Part shown: one piece after another, positions 37,741 through 46,254 of the stretch
Numbering within the stretch: the first letter of the stretch is position 1
How the letters are laid out: every line of letters starts with the position of its first letter
Virus record (IMG/VR): IMGVR_UViG_3300036798_000143
Span: 1-51,041 of that record
Strand: one strand, 5' to 3'
DNA length: 51,041 nucleotides
From: a virus
Lineage: Duplodnaviria; Caudoviricetes
Notes under the pieces: model-generated
What the model was told of the DNA's origin: nothing
Seen by the model: the letters and a program-made list of their open reading frames with translations, nothing else
Database searches by the model: none
Program-made: the position numbers and the translations under genes

Positions 37741-39102
37741 CTATTTGGGATCACCCAAGATAGCACGTATCCAGGATTCCTTTAGTTCGAGCATCTGTCT
37801 CTTGCCTAGGTCGACGGTGTTCCGGGCCACGATGTCGATGACGTGAACCGCGTTGAGCTGTCCGATTCGGTGAAGCCTGTCTTCTGCTTGACGGTTGAGT
37901 GCCGGCGACCAGTCACGATCGAGAAAGACCACCGTGCTTGCTCTCGTGAGTGTGATGCCGATACCGCCAGCTCCCAGTGTACCAGCAAAAACGTGTACGT
38001 TACCTTTCTGGAACTGCGTGACGTTCTCCCGCCTTTCGTCTTGGCTCGTACTACCTGTAAGGGTAACGTACGGAATGGATGCCGTATCGAAACGTCTCGC
38101 TGCAAGGTTGATAAGCTGCTTGAACCGACTAAAGACAACAACCGGTTCTTCGGATTCATCCAGCACCTCCATGAGTGCGTCTAGCTTCGAACTTGGTTCT
38201 GATAACCGAATACGACCAAGGTCTGGTTCGTACTCAGCGAACGCCACTGCGAACTGCTGCAGGCGGATAAGCTGCGCAATCACCACAGGGGCGGCTAGGA
38301 CTTCCTCCTCATGTTCGCCAATCCAGGCAATCATCTCCTTCCGCATTGTGTCATATGCTCGACGCTGTACTGGTGTTAAGTCGACTTTGATCTCCGTGTA
38401 GTACTTGTCAGGGAGATCTGGGAGAACGTCTTCTTTACGCCGTCTCACGTAGAACGGTTCGATCTCTTCGTGGATCTTGTCTAGGTTCTTAGGACCGACT
38501 GTCACTCGTACGGTTCGACCTCTGAAGTACTTGGTCTCAGTCTCGACGTACTTGTTGAAGAATCTCCAGTACGAAGTATAGGTCTTTGGATACAACCAGT
38601 TTAGGATACTCCATAGTTCGTCTGGCCTATTGACGACTGGTGTACCTGACATGGCTGTCATGTACGCGACCCTCTTTATAGCCTTCAAGGCCTTCGTCTG
38701 TTGCGCCTTTCGATTCTTCGCCCTGTGGCACTCGTCAGCGATCACGTGTAACCAGGTCGCCTCTTGCAACTCAGGCATTAGTCTCAATGCCTCCCAGTGA
38801 ACCAAGAACACGTCACCTTTGATTGCATGCCAGAGAGCCCACGAACCTTTACGGTCTTTGGGATCTAGTGCGACGACCTTTAAGTCGGTTAGGTCCTCGA
38901 AGTGGTTCTTCCAGACGTCTTCGAGGATAGTGAGCGGTGCCACTACTAACGTAGCTGCGTGTCCTACTCGGTCGCGAATCATTTGATCCCTAGCAATCGC
39001 CTCGTAAGTCTTACCTGTGCCCATGTCATTAGCGATCAAGGCACCTGTAGCACTTACGAGGTAGTCGACATCCTCAGCCTGGAACGGAAACAGTTTAATC
39101 AC
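37741..39102 (-). CDS. SNF2-family helicase
   Basis: LFPFQ, NDMGTGKT, IADECH, SGTP..NRPDELW, GITLT and QAEDRLHRIGQ motifs. Confidence 0.92.
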   Translation of the reverse strand: MIKLFPFQAEDVDYLVSATGALIANDMGTGKTYEAIARDQMIRDRVGHAATLVVAPLTILEDVWKNHFEDLTDLKVVALDPKDRKGSWALWHAIKGDVFLVHWEALRLMPELQEATWLHVIADECHRAKNRKAQQTKALKAIKRVAYMTAMSGTPVVNRPDELWSILNWLYPKTYTSYWRFFNKYVETETKYFRGRTVRVTVGPKNLDKIHEEIEPFYVRRRKEDVLPDLPDKYYTEIKVDLTPVQRRAYDTMRKEMIAWIGEHEEEVLAAPVVIAQLIRLQQFAVAFAEYEPDLGRIRLSEPSSKLDALMEVLDESEEPVVVFSRFKQLINLAARRFDTASIPYVTLTGSTSQDERRENVTQFQKGNVHVFAGTLGAGGIGITLTRASTVVFLDRDWSPALNRQAEDRLHRIGQLNAVHVIDIVARNTVDLGKRQMLELKESWIRAILGDPK

Positions 39103-39411
39103 TTACCAGTGGTCTCGCTTCCTAGGGTGGTCAGTCTTGTGATCGCTACGCGTTCTTAGTTCTAGGTGTTCAAGATTCACACACTGAGGCTCTTCACACT
39201 TATGGTGCAGTACCAACCCTTTAGGTATTGAGCCACGCTCTTGCTCCCAGAGCCATCGATGTGCTACGTAGCCTCTAGTCCGTCGAGTATCTGCGATCCA
39301 AATACTGAAACGGCCGTACCCGCTAGCGTTCTTAGCACCTGTCCAAAGCCAACACGTTTCGGTTTTCTGAACGTGCTTGAAGAATGTTTCAGAGGGAGGA
39401 TGATGACCCAC
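39103..39411 (-). CDS. HNH endonuclease
   Basis: CWLWTGA....GYG.F...AHR...LHHKCEEPQCVNLEHL. Confidence 0.85.
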   Translation of the reverse strand: MGHHPPSETFFKHVQKTETCWLWTGAKNASGYGRFSIWIADTRRTRGYVAHRWLWEQERGSIPKGLVLHHKCEEPQCVNLEHLELRTRSDHKTDHPRKRDHW

Positions 39412-39412
39412 G

Positions 39413-39637
39413 TTACGTCCTCCATCCAGACACCACAGCTAAGACCTTATCTAGGACTTCCTTGGGTACCTCTTCGGTATGTTTACACGTTCCACGATAC
39501 TGCCAGCTCTCACAGGAGCAGATGAACCCTCCAAGCCTAAGTCGCATCGTGTAGTGGAACATGCCTGGTCGGCTTGTGCTCTCTGTCCTCCACACGATCG
39601 CTTCACCTAGGAAGCTGGATGTGAAGTCAATCTTCAT
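39413..39637 (-). CDS. SWIM zinc-finger protein
   Basis: CSCESWQYRGTCKH. ATGA overlap with the upstream gene. Confidence 0.7.
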   Translation of the reverse strand: MKIDFTSSFLGEAIVWRTESTSRPGMFHYTMRLRLGGFICSCESWQYRGTCKHTEEVPKEVLDKVLAVVSGWRT

Positions 39638-39987
39638 CGCTTGCCGTTGCGCCTCCCTCTGATCAGTAGCGACCGGCTTAACATCTCGGCTCGCACGTCT
39701 GGTCGTGTGTAGCCTGGGATAGTTGTGTATCGCTTCGGGTACTTGTAGTACCGTTGGAACACCTGCATCGAGTTGTCCAAGTAATCGTACCGCTCTGTAC
39801 GACAACGTGTACACCGTAATGCTAGTGCGCCCTTGCTGTGCCTGAAGTACTCACTGTCAACTTCACCGTTAGGGTTGTCATCCCACGAGTGTCCAAGCAT
39901 CCTGCACATGAGGAACTTGTCTGTCAGTTCGTGTATCTCCAGCTTCTCCTGCGCACCACGCGTCACTTGATACGCTCCGCAATCCAC
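39634..39987 (-). CDS. Hypothetical Zn-binding protein
   Basis: CRMLGHSW...RCTRCRTER pattern. Confidence 0.65.
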   Translation of the reverse strand: MDCGAYQVTRGAQEKLEIHELTDKFLMCRMLGHSWDDNPNGEVDSEYFRHSKGALALRCTRCRTERYDYLDNSMQVFQRYYKYPKRYTTIPGYTRPDVRAEMLSRSLLIRGRRNGKR

Positions 39988-40202
39988 ATATTGCCCTCAT
40001 CGTCCTGCAGAAGGATCATGTCCTCTACATGTTTGAGGCCACTGAATGTGGGTTGCGTTCCGTTTCGTCGTCGGACTTTGCCTGTACGACCTCCGGCTAC
40101 TCCGTGTTGCACTCTCTTATGGGTTCCGATGTAGCCTGCGACGAACGGCTTCTTGCAGATGTCACAGGTTACCTTGGCACCCTTGGTTTGTCTTGCAGCC
40201 AT
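39963..40202 (-). CDS. C2H2-type zinc-finger small protein
   Basis: CDICKK........HKRVQH, AAAGGA RBS. Confidence 0.65.
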   Translation of the reverse strand: MAARQTKGAKVTCDICKKPFVAGYIGTHKRVQHGVAGGRTGKVRRRNGTQPTFSGLKHVEDMILLQDDEGNMWIAERIK

Positions 40203-40221
40203 TGTTCCTTTCCGTTTCCCG

Positions 40222-40415
40222 TTACTCGTCTTCCGTTTCTAGCGTCGCGGTGATGGCCACCTTTCCGTACTGGAAAGATACATCCCCGTCTGACGCTATG
40301 TCGAGCATGTCTCCATCCTCGATCGCGTCGCCGTCGCCTGTGTCAGCTATGACAACGACATCTTCTAGTGCATCCCATTGTGATAACAGGCTTTTTGCAA
40401 CTGTCCGTTTTTCAT
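40222..40415 (-). pseudogene. Acidic ~64-aa ORF that needs a -1 shift right after its start (frameshifted or recoded gene)
   Basis: GGAGGTG RBS plus ATG AAA AAC gives only 16 aa, while the -1 frame (KRTVAKSLLSQWDALEDV...ETEDE*) fills the gap to the next gene. Confidence 0.5.
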
Positions 40416-40425
40416 ATCACCTCCT

Positions 40426-40504
40426 TCCTCACTGGGGTGCTACGGCCCGGTTACCCACCGTAGCACCCTAGTGAGGAGGGGAACCCTTTCCATCGGTTCC
40501 CCTC
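40426..40504. other. Tandem hairpins downstream of an HTH gene, adjoining the next RBS
   Basis: TCCTCACTGGGGTGCTACGG/CCGTAGCACCCTAGTGAGGA and GAGGGGAACC/GGTTCCCCTC. Confidence 0.7.
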
Positions 40505-40510
40505 GCCTCA

Positions 40511-40882
40511 CTAACCGGCCTCCTCTTCAGGCTCTGGCTGCTGAGCCTGCTCGGCTGCGCGGTCGGCCTTGCGCTGCTCCTTGTCGTCCCACCACTGAAG
40601 ACCGGCTTCGACGTTGATGATCTGACGGCCATCAACGTGGGTCTCAACGGGGAACGACTTGGTGTTCTTGGCCGTGCTGTAAAGCACCTGTGGCTTCACC
40701 AGCACGTAGCGCCCACCCTGTGACTTGGGCTTTGCCAGGAACTTGGCGAACCCGACGAGTGTCAGGTAGCCGTCCGGGAGCTCTTGAAAGTTCCTTCCGA
40801 TTGAGACGGGCTTGGGGCCCTCGTCCTCGTCGTCCAGATCCTCTGCGTGGACCTCCTCCATGTCGCCTTCGACGTTGGTCAT
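40511..40882 (-). CDS. Excisionase-like HTH paralog (divergent) with acidic termini
   Basis: GYLTLVGFA...VKPQVLYS......FP.....DGRQII......QWW aligns by eye with the other paralogs. Confidence 0.6.
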   Translation of the reverse strand: MTNVEGDMEEVHAEDLDDEDEGPKPVSIGRNFQELPDGYLTLVGFAKFLAKPKSQGGRYVLVKPQVLYSTAKNTKSFPVETHVDGRQIINVEAGLQWWDDKEQRKADRAAEQAQQPEPEEEAG

Positions 40883-41063
40883 TGTGTATCACCTCCTTTC
40901 GATTATCTCTTACTATTATATAGCAAGTCAATGTGGAAAATCAAGGGGTGCCTTAGGGTGCTCTTTTAGCATTACCGTTCTACCTGCCTACGCGAACTGG
41001 ACACAAGTGTATGTGTCGTATACAGTTCTGGGCACTCCTTCGCACCGTCAAATGGCTTGCGCC

Positions 41064-41756
41064 TTAAGTCCCTGATCTTTTGTACAAGTCCTCGGCCTCT
41101 TCGAGGTGGCGGCACTGACTCCTGTACGCGAAGCCCTTGCAAGTACAGTCCCAGCCTTTTCCGCCTTTTAGCGTCACGGTATAGAAGTTGGTCCCATCGG
41201 AGCTCGGAACCTGGATCTCCACGTTCGGGCTCAGCTTCCTGGTCAAATAGTCCCGCCAATGTTCACGCTCCACAGGTGTGAGGTATACCATACCTAGCTT
41301 CTCGAATATGTCCAGTTCTGTTGCACCTACGTCGATCTGTTCGCCGTTCTGAAACAGACCGTACTGCGAGAGGGTCTTGTCTTGGGCCTTAGCCTTGGCA
41401 CGCATCATGATGTTCAGATCGTGTGGCCCTGTGGCGAACAATAACATGCCCGCTGATGCACGTGGTTGAGGTACGTGCCAGAAGTTGAGGAGGAGTGGCT
41501 CGCCTCTGTACGTAGCGATGCCTTCCGACTTCATCTCACCACCGCGGATCTCTTCGTACTGGAAGTATTGTTGCGCGACGTGTACAGCTTCCGCGATTGG
41601 TTCCCAGGTCAGTGCGTCGAGGTCGCCTACGGTCTCTTTCTCCCGTCGCCAGCTGCCAGCTACGACCATACCGAAAGCCTCTAGCTGCCCGGCGGCTTGT
41701 GCCATTTCGTCCCTTGGTCGTCTGACCTTCTTGGGCATGAATCGACGATCTACCAT
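41064..41756 (-). CDS. Minimal DNA polymerase X-like nucleotidyltransferase fused to a SWIM zinc finger
   Basis: AGSWRR.KETVGDLD, LLFATGP...NIMMR..AK.....LSQYGLF and E.DIFEKLGM.Y..P..RE. C-terminal CTCKGFAYRSQCRH. Confidence 0.85.
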   Translation of the reverse strand: MVDRRFMPKKVRRPRDEMAQAAGQLEAFGMVVAGSWRREKETVGDLDALTWEPIAEAVHVAQQYFQYEEIRGGEMKSEGIATYRGEPLLLNFWHVPQPRASAGMLLFATGPHDLNIMMRAKAKAQDKTLSQYGLFQNGEQIDVGATELDIFEKLGMVYLTPVEREHWRDYLTRKLSPNVEIQVPSSDGTNFYTVTLKGGKGWDCTCKGFAYRSQCRHLEEAEDLYKRSGT

Positions 41757-41759
41757 CTG

Positions 41760-41960
41760 TCACTCCTCGGGTAGAAAGAGTTCGTCCCAGCAAGGGCTGC
41801 AGTAACCGGAGACGAACCTCTCACGAGTGTCGGCGGAATGATTGGGTAGTGCCTTCTGAATCAAGTCACCTCTCTGTAGCCGTTCGTATTCCTCGTTGGT
41901 GATTGGCGCCATGATTCGTTCGCCGCAGCCGGGGCATGGTAAGGTTTGAATCCTAGGCAT
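41760..41960 (-). CDS. Small Zn-ribbon hypothetical protein
   Basis: CPGC...IQ.ALP......RE.FVSGYC..CWD.LF. Confidence 0.7.
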   Translation of the reverse strand: MPRIQTLPCPGCGERIMAPITNEEYERLQRGDLIQKALPNHSADTRERFVSGYCSPCWDELFLPEE

Positions 41961-42177
41961 CTTCGCCTATCTCCCTTTCTCGACCCTTGTCTGTGAGGCC
42001 GTAGCACACTTCGCCGTCCTCAATCGTCTCGTACATCAAGCCAAGGACGACGGCCGACTTGCACGCCTGCTCTATGACTTCGATCGGAAACGTACCCCCG
42101 AAGTCGTCCTCGGTCATACGATTGAGGCGGTTCCAGATAGTGCGAGCCTCCTCGTGCGTCATATCCGTGGGGCTCAT
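41953..42177 (-). CDS. Hypothetical protein
   Basis: Coupled ORF with RBS. The YGLTDKGR ending is winged-helix-like. Confidence 0.55.
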   Translation of the reverse strand: MSPTDMTHEEARTIWNRLNRMTEDDFGGTFPIEVIEQACKSAVVLGLMYETIEDGEVCYGLTDKGREREIGEDA

Positions 42178-42377
42178 TACTCTCCCTTCTTCACGAAGTC
42201 GAACTGGATACTTTTCAGGATCTCGTAGATGCGGGGGTCGCAGCTCTTAGAACCTGTGTACTCACTGATGATCTCGTTCATCACCACGAACTGTTGAGGC
42301 GTCAAGATGAGTGTGACTTCCTTGAGAACCTCCTCCAACGATTCCGTTCCTTGAGTTACATCTTGCCACTTGATCAT
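42177..42377 (-). CDS. Hypothetical protein
   Basis: ATGA-coupled ORF starting MIKWQDV. Confidence 0.55.
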   Translation of the reverse strand: MIKWQDVTQGTESLEEVLKEVTLILTPQQFVVMNEIISEYTGSKSCDPRIYEILKSIQFDFVKKGE

Positions 42378-42574
42378 GCTGGACCGCCACTCGTGTTCCA
42401 CGTGACCGTCAACTTGCTACCGTCTGTCATCATAACGGTAGCTGTTGAGTTCGCGATTCTGATGTGCTCGACACCATCGCGCCCGTCGGGGTGCACCTGC
42501 TTGTCCCGTATTTGGGACGTGAGGAACTCCTTGAGGTCGTGTTCCGCTACTTCTGCATTAGTGATGTAAACCAT
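42374..42574 (-). CDS. Hypothetical protein
   Basis: First gene after the promoter module at 42603. Confidence 0.6.
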   Translation of the reverse strand: MVYITNAEVAEHDLKEFLTSQIRDKQVHPDGRDGVEHIRIANSTATVMMTDGSKLTVTWNTSGGPA

Positions 42575-42628
42575 TGCACCCTTTCTCTTTTATCATACTT
42601 CTATTATATAGCAAGTCCTATAGGACAA

Positions 42629-43147
42629 TCAAGGGTTCTCTTGGGTGCTATTATTGTCGGGCACCCCGAGTCGTTCTGCAATGGACTTCTCAGCTGCCTC
42701 TTCGTAGGCTGCGGCGATCTGGTCCGTGATTGCTACTCCTGCACGCTCTGCGGCAATCTCTAGGAGCAGGGGCTCCATTTGTTTCTTCCAGTTCTCTAAC
42801 GCGTGCAGGCGATTGTTCAGTCCGTTGAACTTCTGCTGGTCGATATCCTTCTTCACGTTGAAGAAGGCGTCTTTACGCCCCGAATCGAACTCTTGAGCAT
42901 GGACTAGCCATACTGCATGGCCGCCTTTGCCGCCTCCGTGCTCCTCCAACTGGACACAGCCGGCACGCTGAAGTAGGTTACTGAGCTTGCCTGCCTGTAC
43001 TCTCGGTGGTGGCGGAAATATTTCCTCAACATACTTGGATAGGCTGCCTATCCAGATGCGTACGTCTGGGTCTTCAGTTGGCTCGCCCTGTGCCCACATT
43101 GCTTCATGGAACTTAGGTGCGTACTCCGAACTGTACTTATCTGGCAT
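42629..43147 (-). CDS. Hypothetical protein (winged-helix-like N-half plus coiled coil)
   Basis: GGAGGTG RBS before ATG 43147. L...GCVQL...GGG....VW motif. Its stop codon is the TGA of the next promoter's -35 box. Confidence 0.65.
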   Translation of the reverse strand: MPDKYSSEYAPKFHEAMWAQGEPTEDPDVRIWIGSLSKYVEEIFPPPPRVQAGKLSNLLQRAGCVQLEEHGGGKGGHAVWLVHAQEFDSGRKDAFFNVKKDIDQQKFNGLNNRLHALENWKKQMEPLLLEIAAERAGVAITDQIAAAYEEAAEKSIAERLGVPDNNSTQENP

Positions 43148-43224
43148 CTCACCTCCTCTCGAGTTCTGGGTGCGGAGCCTGCGACTCGCTCCTAGGGAAA
43201 TACACAGGCCCCGCAGCCCAGACT

Positions 43225-43677
43225 TTACCAACTCGCGCAGCCGTATTGGTCAGGCGGGTTGGATTGGATCCTTTCAGCGACGGTCACCTGTTCTTCCGGT
43301 GTCGCGTCCGCTGCGTTAGATGCATACTGTGTACCCCCGTATGCTACCCAGTTAGCGTTCGAGATTCCAAGTCCGCCTGAGTATACGGACCCTCTCACGT
43401 TCCAGTTACCTCCTTCTTCGCACATGGCAACCTTCTCCCATGCCGCCATCGTTGATGACGGTACCTCCACTCCTGAGGACGGCGGTGGCGACGTTGTTGT
43501 TGTCGCAACTGTCGTGGTCGACGTCGTTGTCGGTGGTGCTACTGTGGTGGTAGTGGTGGTGGGGAGTGCCGGTAACGAGTGGTAGTGGTGATGACCGACC
43601 ATGATTGGCATCATGAACGTGATCATCAAAGCTACGACGTTCACGCGGTACTCCTGGTTTGAGTATGGACATGTCAC
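43225..43677 (-). CDS. Secreted resuscitation-promoting-factor (Rpf)-like transglycosylase
   Basis: Hydrophobic N-terminus, Thr/Pro linker, then WEKVAMCEEGGNW.....YSGGLG....W..YGG..YA..A..AT.EEQ..VAERI. Confidence 0.85.
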   Translation of the reverse strand: MTCPYSNQEYRVNVVALMITFMMPIMVGHHHYHSLPALPTTTTTTVAPPTTTSTTTVATTTTSPPPSSGVEVPSSTMAAWEKVAMCEEGGNWNVRGSVYSGGLGISNANWVAYGGTQYASNAADATPEEQVTVAERIQSNPPDQYGCASW

Positions 43678-43751
43678 TCAGGGTACATAGGCATCTCCTT
43701 TGTGAGAGCATACATCTATTATAGCGGAGTCAAAATGGGAAATCAAGGATC

Positions 43752-43970
43752 CTATTTTGGTGGGCGTAGACCTGTCCGCATGAATAGCTTCTGCCAAAGA
43801 CCCTTTGTGACTTCGATCCATTCATCCGGCAATGCGTCCGCGCCGTTCGTCTCAAGCTCACGAGCCCACGTTGTGATGACCTCGAGCGCCTCCTGCTTCT
43901 TGATGACTGGATAGTCACCGGCTGCTCCGTCGACGAACATCTCGGTTCTGTGGTTAAACTGTACTGTCAT
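43752..43970 (-). CDS. Hypothetical protein
   Basis: GGAGGTG RBS. The stop abuts the next promoter module. Confidence 0.6.
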   Translation of the reverse strand: MTVQFNHRTEMFVDGAAGDYPVIKKQEALEVITTWARELETNGADALPDEWIEVTKGLWQKLFMRTGLRPPK

Positions 43971-44066
43971 GTATCACCTCCCTTCGAAGTTTTCTGGCCC
44001 GTAGCCACCGACGAATCCTTACAATCCGCCGGATTATTAGCCAGGGACCCCAGAGCCACATCACCG

Positions 44067-44447
44067 CTAACTGGCGCGCTGCTGCCGAAGGATTGTCTCC
44101 TCACGCAACTTCTCGAGGTCACGCTGCTGCTTGCGGTTCAGGTAACGACTTGCGTACCTGATTGCCTCGCCGAGGCGGATGAACTTCTTCTGGGTGTTGT
44201 TGAAGTCCACTGCGGTCAGCTTTCCGTCGCGGATGGCCTGGTAGATCATCTGCGGCCGAACGCCGATGTACCTCGCGAGCAGGATTGGGTTGATGACACC
44301 GTGCTCGAGCTGCTCTTGCATGCGCTCGATGTCTCCCTCCTGCTCAAGCCCGATGCCTCGGAGGTTGGTGCCTTCGCGGAGTTCCTGCTCGAGTTGCTCC
44401 GGCGTCACCTCCTCTGGCTCGGGGATCTCTATTTCTTGTTCCGACAT
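44067..44447 (-). CDS. Excisionase/MerR-like HTH DNA-binding protein
   Basis: INPILLARYIGVRPQMIYQAIRDGKL. First gene after a promoter module. Confidence 0.75.
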   Translation of the reverse strand: MSEQEIEIPEPEEVTPEQLEQELREGTNLRGIGLEQEGDIERMQEQLEHGVINPILLARYIGVRPQMIYQAIRDGKLTAVDFNNTQKKFIRLGEAIRYASRYLNRKQQRDLEKLREETILRQQRAS

Positions 44448-44530
44448 GCTGGTGTTTCCTTTCTTTTTTGATGATACAGATATTATATAGCAAGTCCTAA
44501 GGGAAAATCAAGAGTCCTCTTAGGTGCTAT

Positions 44531-44812
44531 TTATTGGTCCGACTCGTCTGGGAAGTTGATTGTGAATCGTACTCGCTTCCCCTTTTGGAATCTGGCTACG
44601 CAGCCCTCGACGAACTCAGGCGTACAACCCTCCATCCTTCGTCTCAGGTCATCCACGTCGCGAATCGGATTAGCGGCCAGATCGGCTAGTATCTCGTTTG
44701 CTGCTCTGAACCGTAGGTCTGCCCTAGCAATCGTGGGAAACGGATTCCGTTTGAGGCCCATCTTGTGATATGGGTTCTCATTAGTTCCGTTTAGTACTAC
44801 TGTGACCAACAT
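44531..44812 (-). CDS. Hypothetical protein
   Basis: GGAGGTG RBS, NPY...GLKRNPFP motif. Confidence 0.65.
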   Translation of the reverse strand: MLVTVVLNGTNENPYHKMGLKRNPFPTIARADLRFRAANEILADLAANPIRDVDDLRRRMEGCTPEFVEGCVARFQKGKRVRFTINFPDESDQ

Positions 44813-44816
44813 GTTT

Positions 44817-45011
44817 TCACCTCCTCGGTCCGCATCGGTTCTCGATCCAAGTGTCGAGGTCTTCCTTGTTCACGACTAGCTGACCGTTCTCGACGTGCGA
44901 CGGTATGCTGCCCTTTTTGATGTGGGCATACACAGTCTGGAGGGAGATGGACTTACGTCCCCAACTCTTCAGACCTCGATTGATGTACTGCCAAGCGGAG
45001 TAGCCCGTCAC
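44817..45011 (-). CDS. Excisionase-like HTH paralog
   Basis: TGY....YIN..L......ISLQTVYAHIKKGSIPS...NGQLVV...D...W. Confidence 0.7.
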   Translation of the reverse strand: MTGYSAWQYINRGLKSWGRKSISLQTVYAHIKKGSIPSHVENGQLVVNKEDLDTWIENRCGPRR

Positions 45012-45163
45012 CCCTGTATTCCTCCGATTACGTAGTCGGGGCCTTTCTGGAACGCGAGCGTGCGGACTGCGATCTGCTGGGACAACTCGCGAGCGGTTAT
45101 AAAACCGTTGTCGTGCTGCTTGAGGAGAATCCGTAGTTCGGATTTGTACTCTTCCGTTGTCAT
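45008..45163 (-). CDS. Small hypothetical protein
   Basis: GGAGGTG RBS before ATG 45163 (MTTEEYKSELR...). Confidence 0.55.
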   Translation of the reverse strand: MTTEEYKSELRILLKQHDNGFITARELSQQIAVRTLAFQKGPDYVIGGIQG

Positions 45164-45276
45164 CTCACCTCCCCGCACCAGGGGCACTGCCCTGTCTCGA
45201 TCAGCATCAGTGTGTGCGCTGGCACGTTGTCCACCGGGTGGTTTCCATCTGGCTCGGTGCACACGTCGTCTGGCAT
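45160..45276 (-). CDS. 38-aa Cys/His peptide (MPDDVCTEPDGNH...CPWCGEVR)
   Basis: Read by hand. First ORF after the promoter module at 45298, with ATGA overlap into the next gene. Confidence 0.5.
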   Translation of the reverse strand: MPDDVCTEPDGNHPVDNVPAHTLMLIETGQCPWCGEVR

Positions 45277-45323
45277 TTCTTTCTCATTCATACTACTATT
45301 ATATAGCATGTCCGAGGGACAAA

Positions 45324-45569
45324 TCAAGAGTCCTCTTGGGTGCTATTTTGATCCTCCCTCATTGCCTGTTCGACGTCTTCCCTGGTGACGTTCATCATCC
45401 GGAGTTCCAGGTCGATGGCCTTGTCCCAAATGCGTACTCGGTGGGTGAAGACTGTGACGTCATCCTCTTCAGGACTTGGCTCGACAAACGTCCGAAGGAC
45501 CTCGTACGTTATCTGGGTCAGTTCGACCTCGTTGCCATCCTCGTCCTCGAACTCGTGCAGGTAGTTCAG
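45324..45569 (-). CDS. Acidic 81-aa hypothetical protein with probable CTG start
   Basis: Open frame LNYLHEFEDEDGNEVEL...QEDS* fills the gap. The CTG overlaps the upstream TGA and follows GAGGTG. Confidence 0.5.
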   Translation of the reverse strand: MNYLHEFEDEDGNEVELTQITYEVLRTFVEPSPEEDDVTVFTHRVRIWDKAIDLELRMMNVTREDVEQAMREDQNSTQEDS

Positions 45570-46102
45570 TCGTCATCACCTCTGAACATTCGGTTCTGGA
45601 TCTCCTCCCAAGTCTGGTCTGTCTCCAGCAACTCGTCCATACTGTTACGGAGTGTGTCGCCTAGGAGTACGAAGTCGGGCTCCTCCAGTTCGGAGTCTTC
45701 CAATCGTTCGATGTGCTGGCCGTCTTCTGCCATTCGGTAGAAACCGCCGACGTTAAAAGGCGTGCGGTCTAGGAACTCCATTGCCGAGTCAGTACTGAGG
45801 ACCATCCTCAACGTACCTATGGCTAGGTCTTTGCAGTTGATTAGGTCGACCAGCCACTGTATCGGAATCGTTACCTCTACGCCCTCATTGTCCGGCGGAC
45901 CAAAGACACTGAGCGGCATTCGCATGTCGTCCATCTTTGGGTCGTGCTCGTTGTCGCCGTACAAGGCGTTCGCTATGCGTCCACGACCCATATGGAAGTA
46001 GTCAGTTACCCCACTGCCATCGTCGCACGGTTGATTGGGCTGAGCGTTGCAGACCGGGCACACGATTGCCGCGATCTTGTCCAGCCGTTCTTGTCTGTCC
46101 AT
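45566..46102 (-). CDS. Hypothetical protein with N-terminal Zn finger
   Basis: CPVCNAQPNQPC........H..R motif, AAAGGA RBS. Confidence 0.7.
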   Translation of the reverse strand: MDRQERLDKIAAIVCPVCNAQPNQPCDDGSGVTDYFHMGRGRIANALYGDNEHDPKMDDMRMPLSVFGPPDNEGVEVTIPIQWLVDLINCKDLAIGTLRMVLSTDSAMEFLDRTPFNVGGFYRMAEDGQHIERLEDSELEEPDFVLLGDTLRNSMDELLETDQTWEEIQNRMFRGDDD

Positions 46103-46254
46103 TTGTTCCTTTCCTTATGTGTAGTCACTGCGTTCGATCAGGTACTGGGCGAACTGGTATTCGTCTCGGTACTCTGGGTCTGTCTGCGAACAAAAGTCCC
46201 GCCAGTACTGCAGGAGCCAGGCTTGGCTCATTGGCTTATTTACGTCCTTACGTT

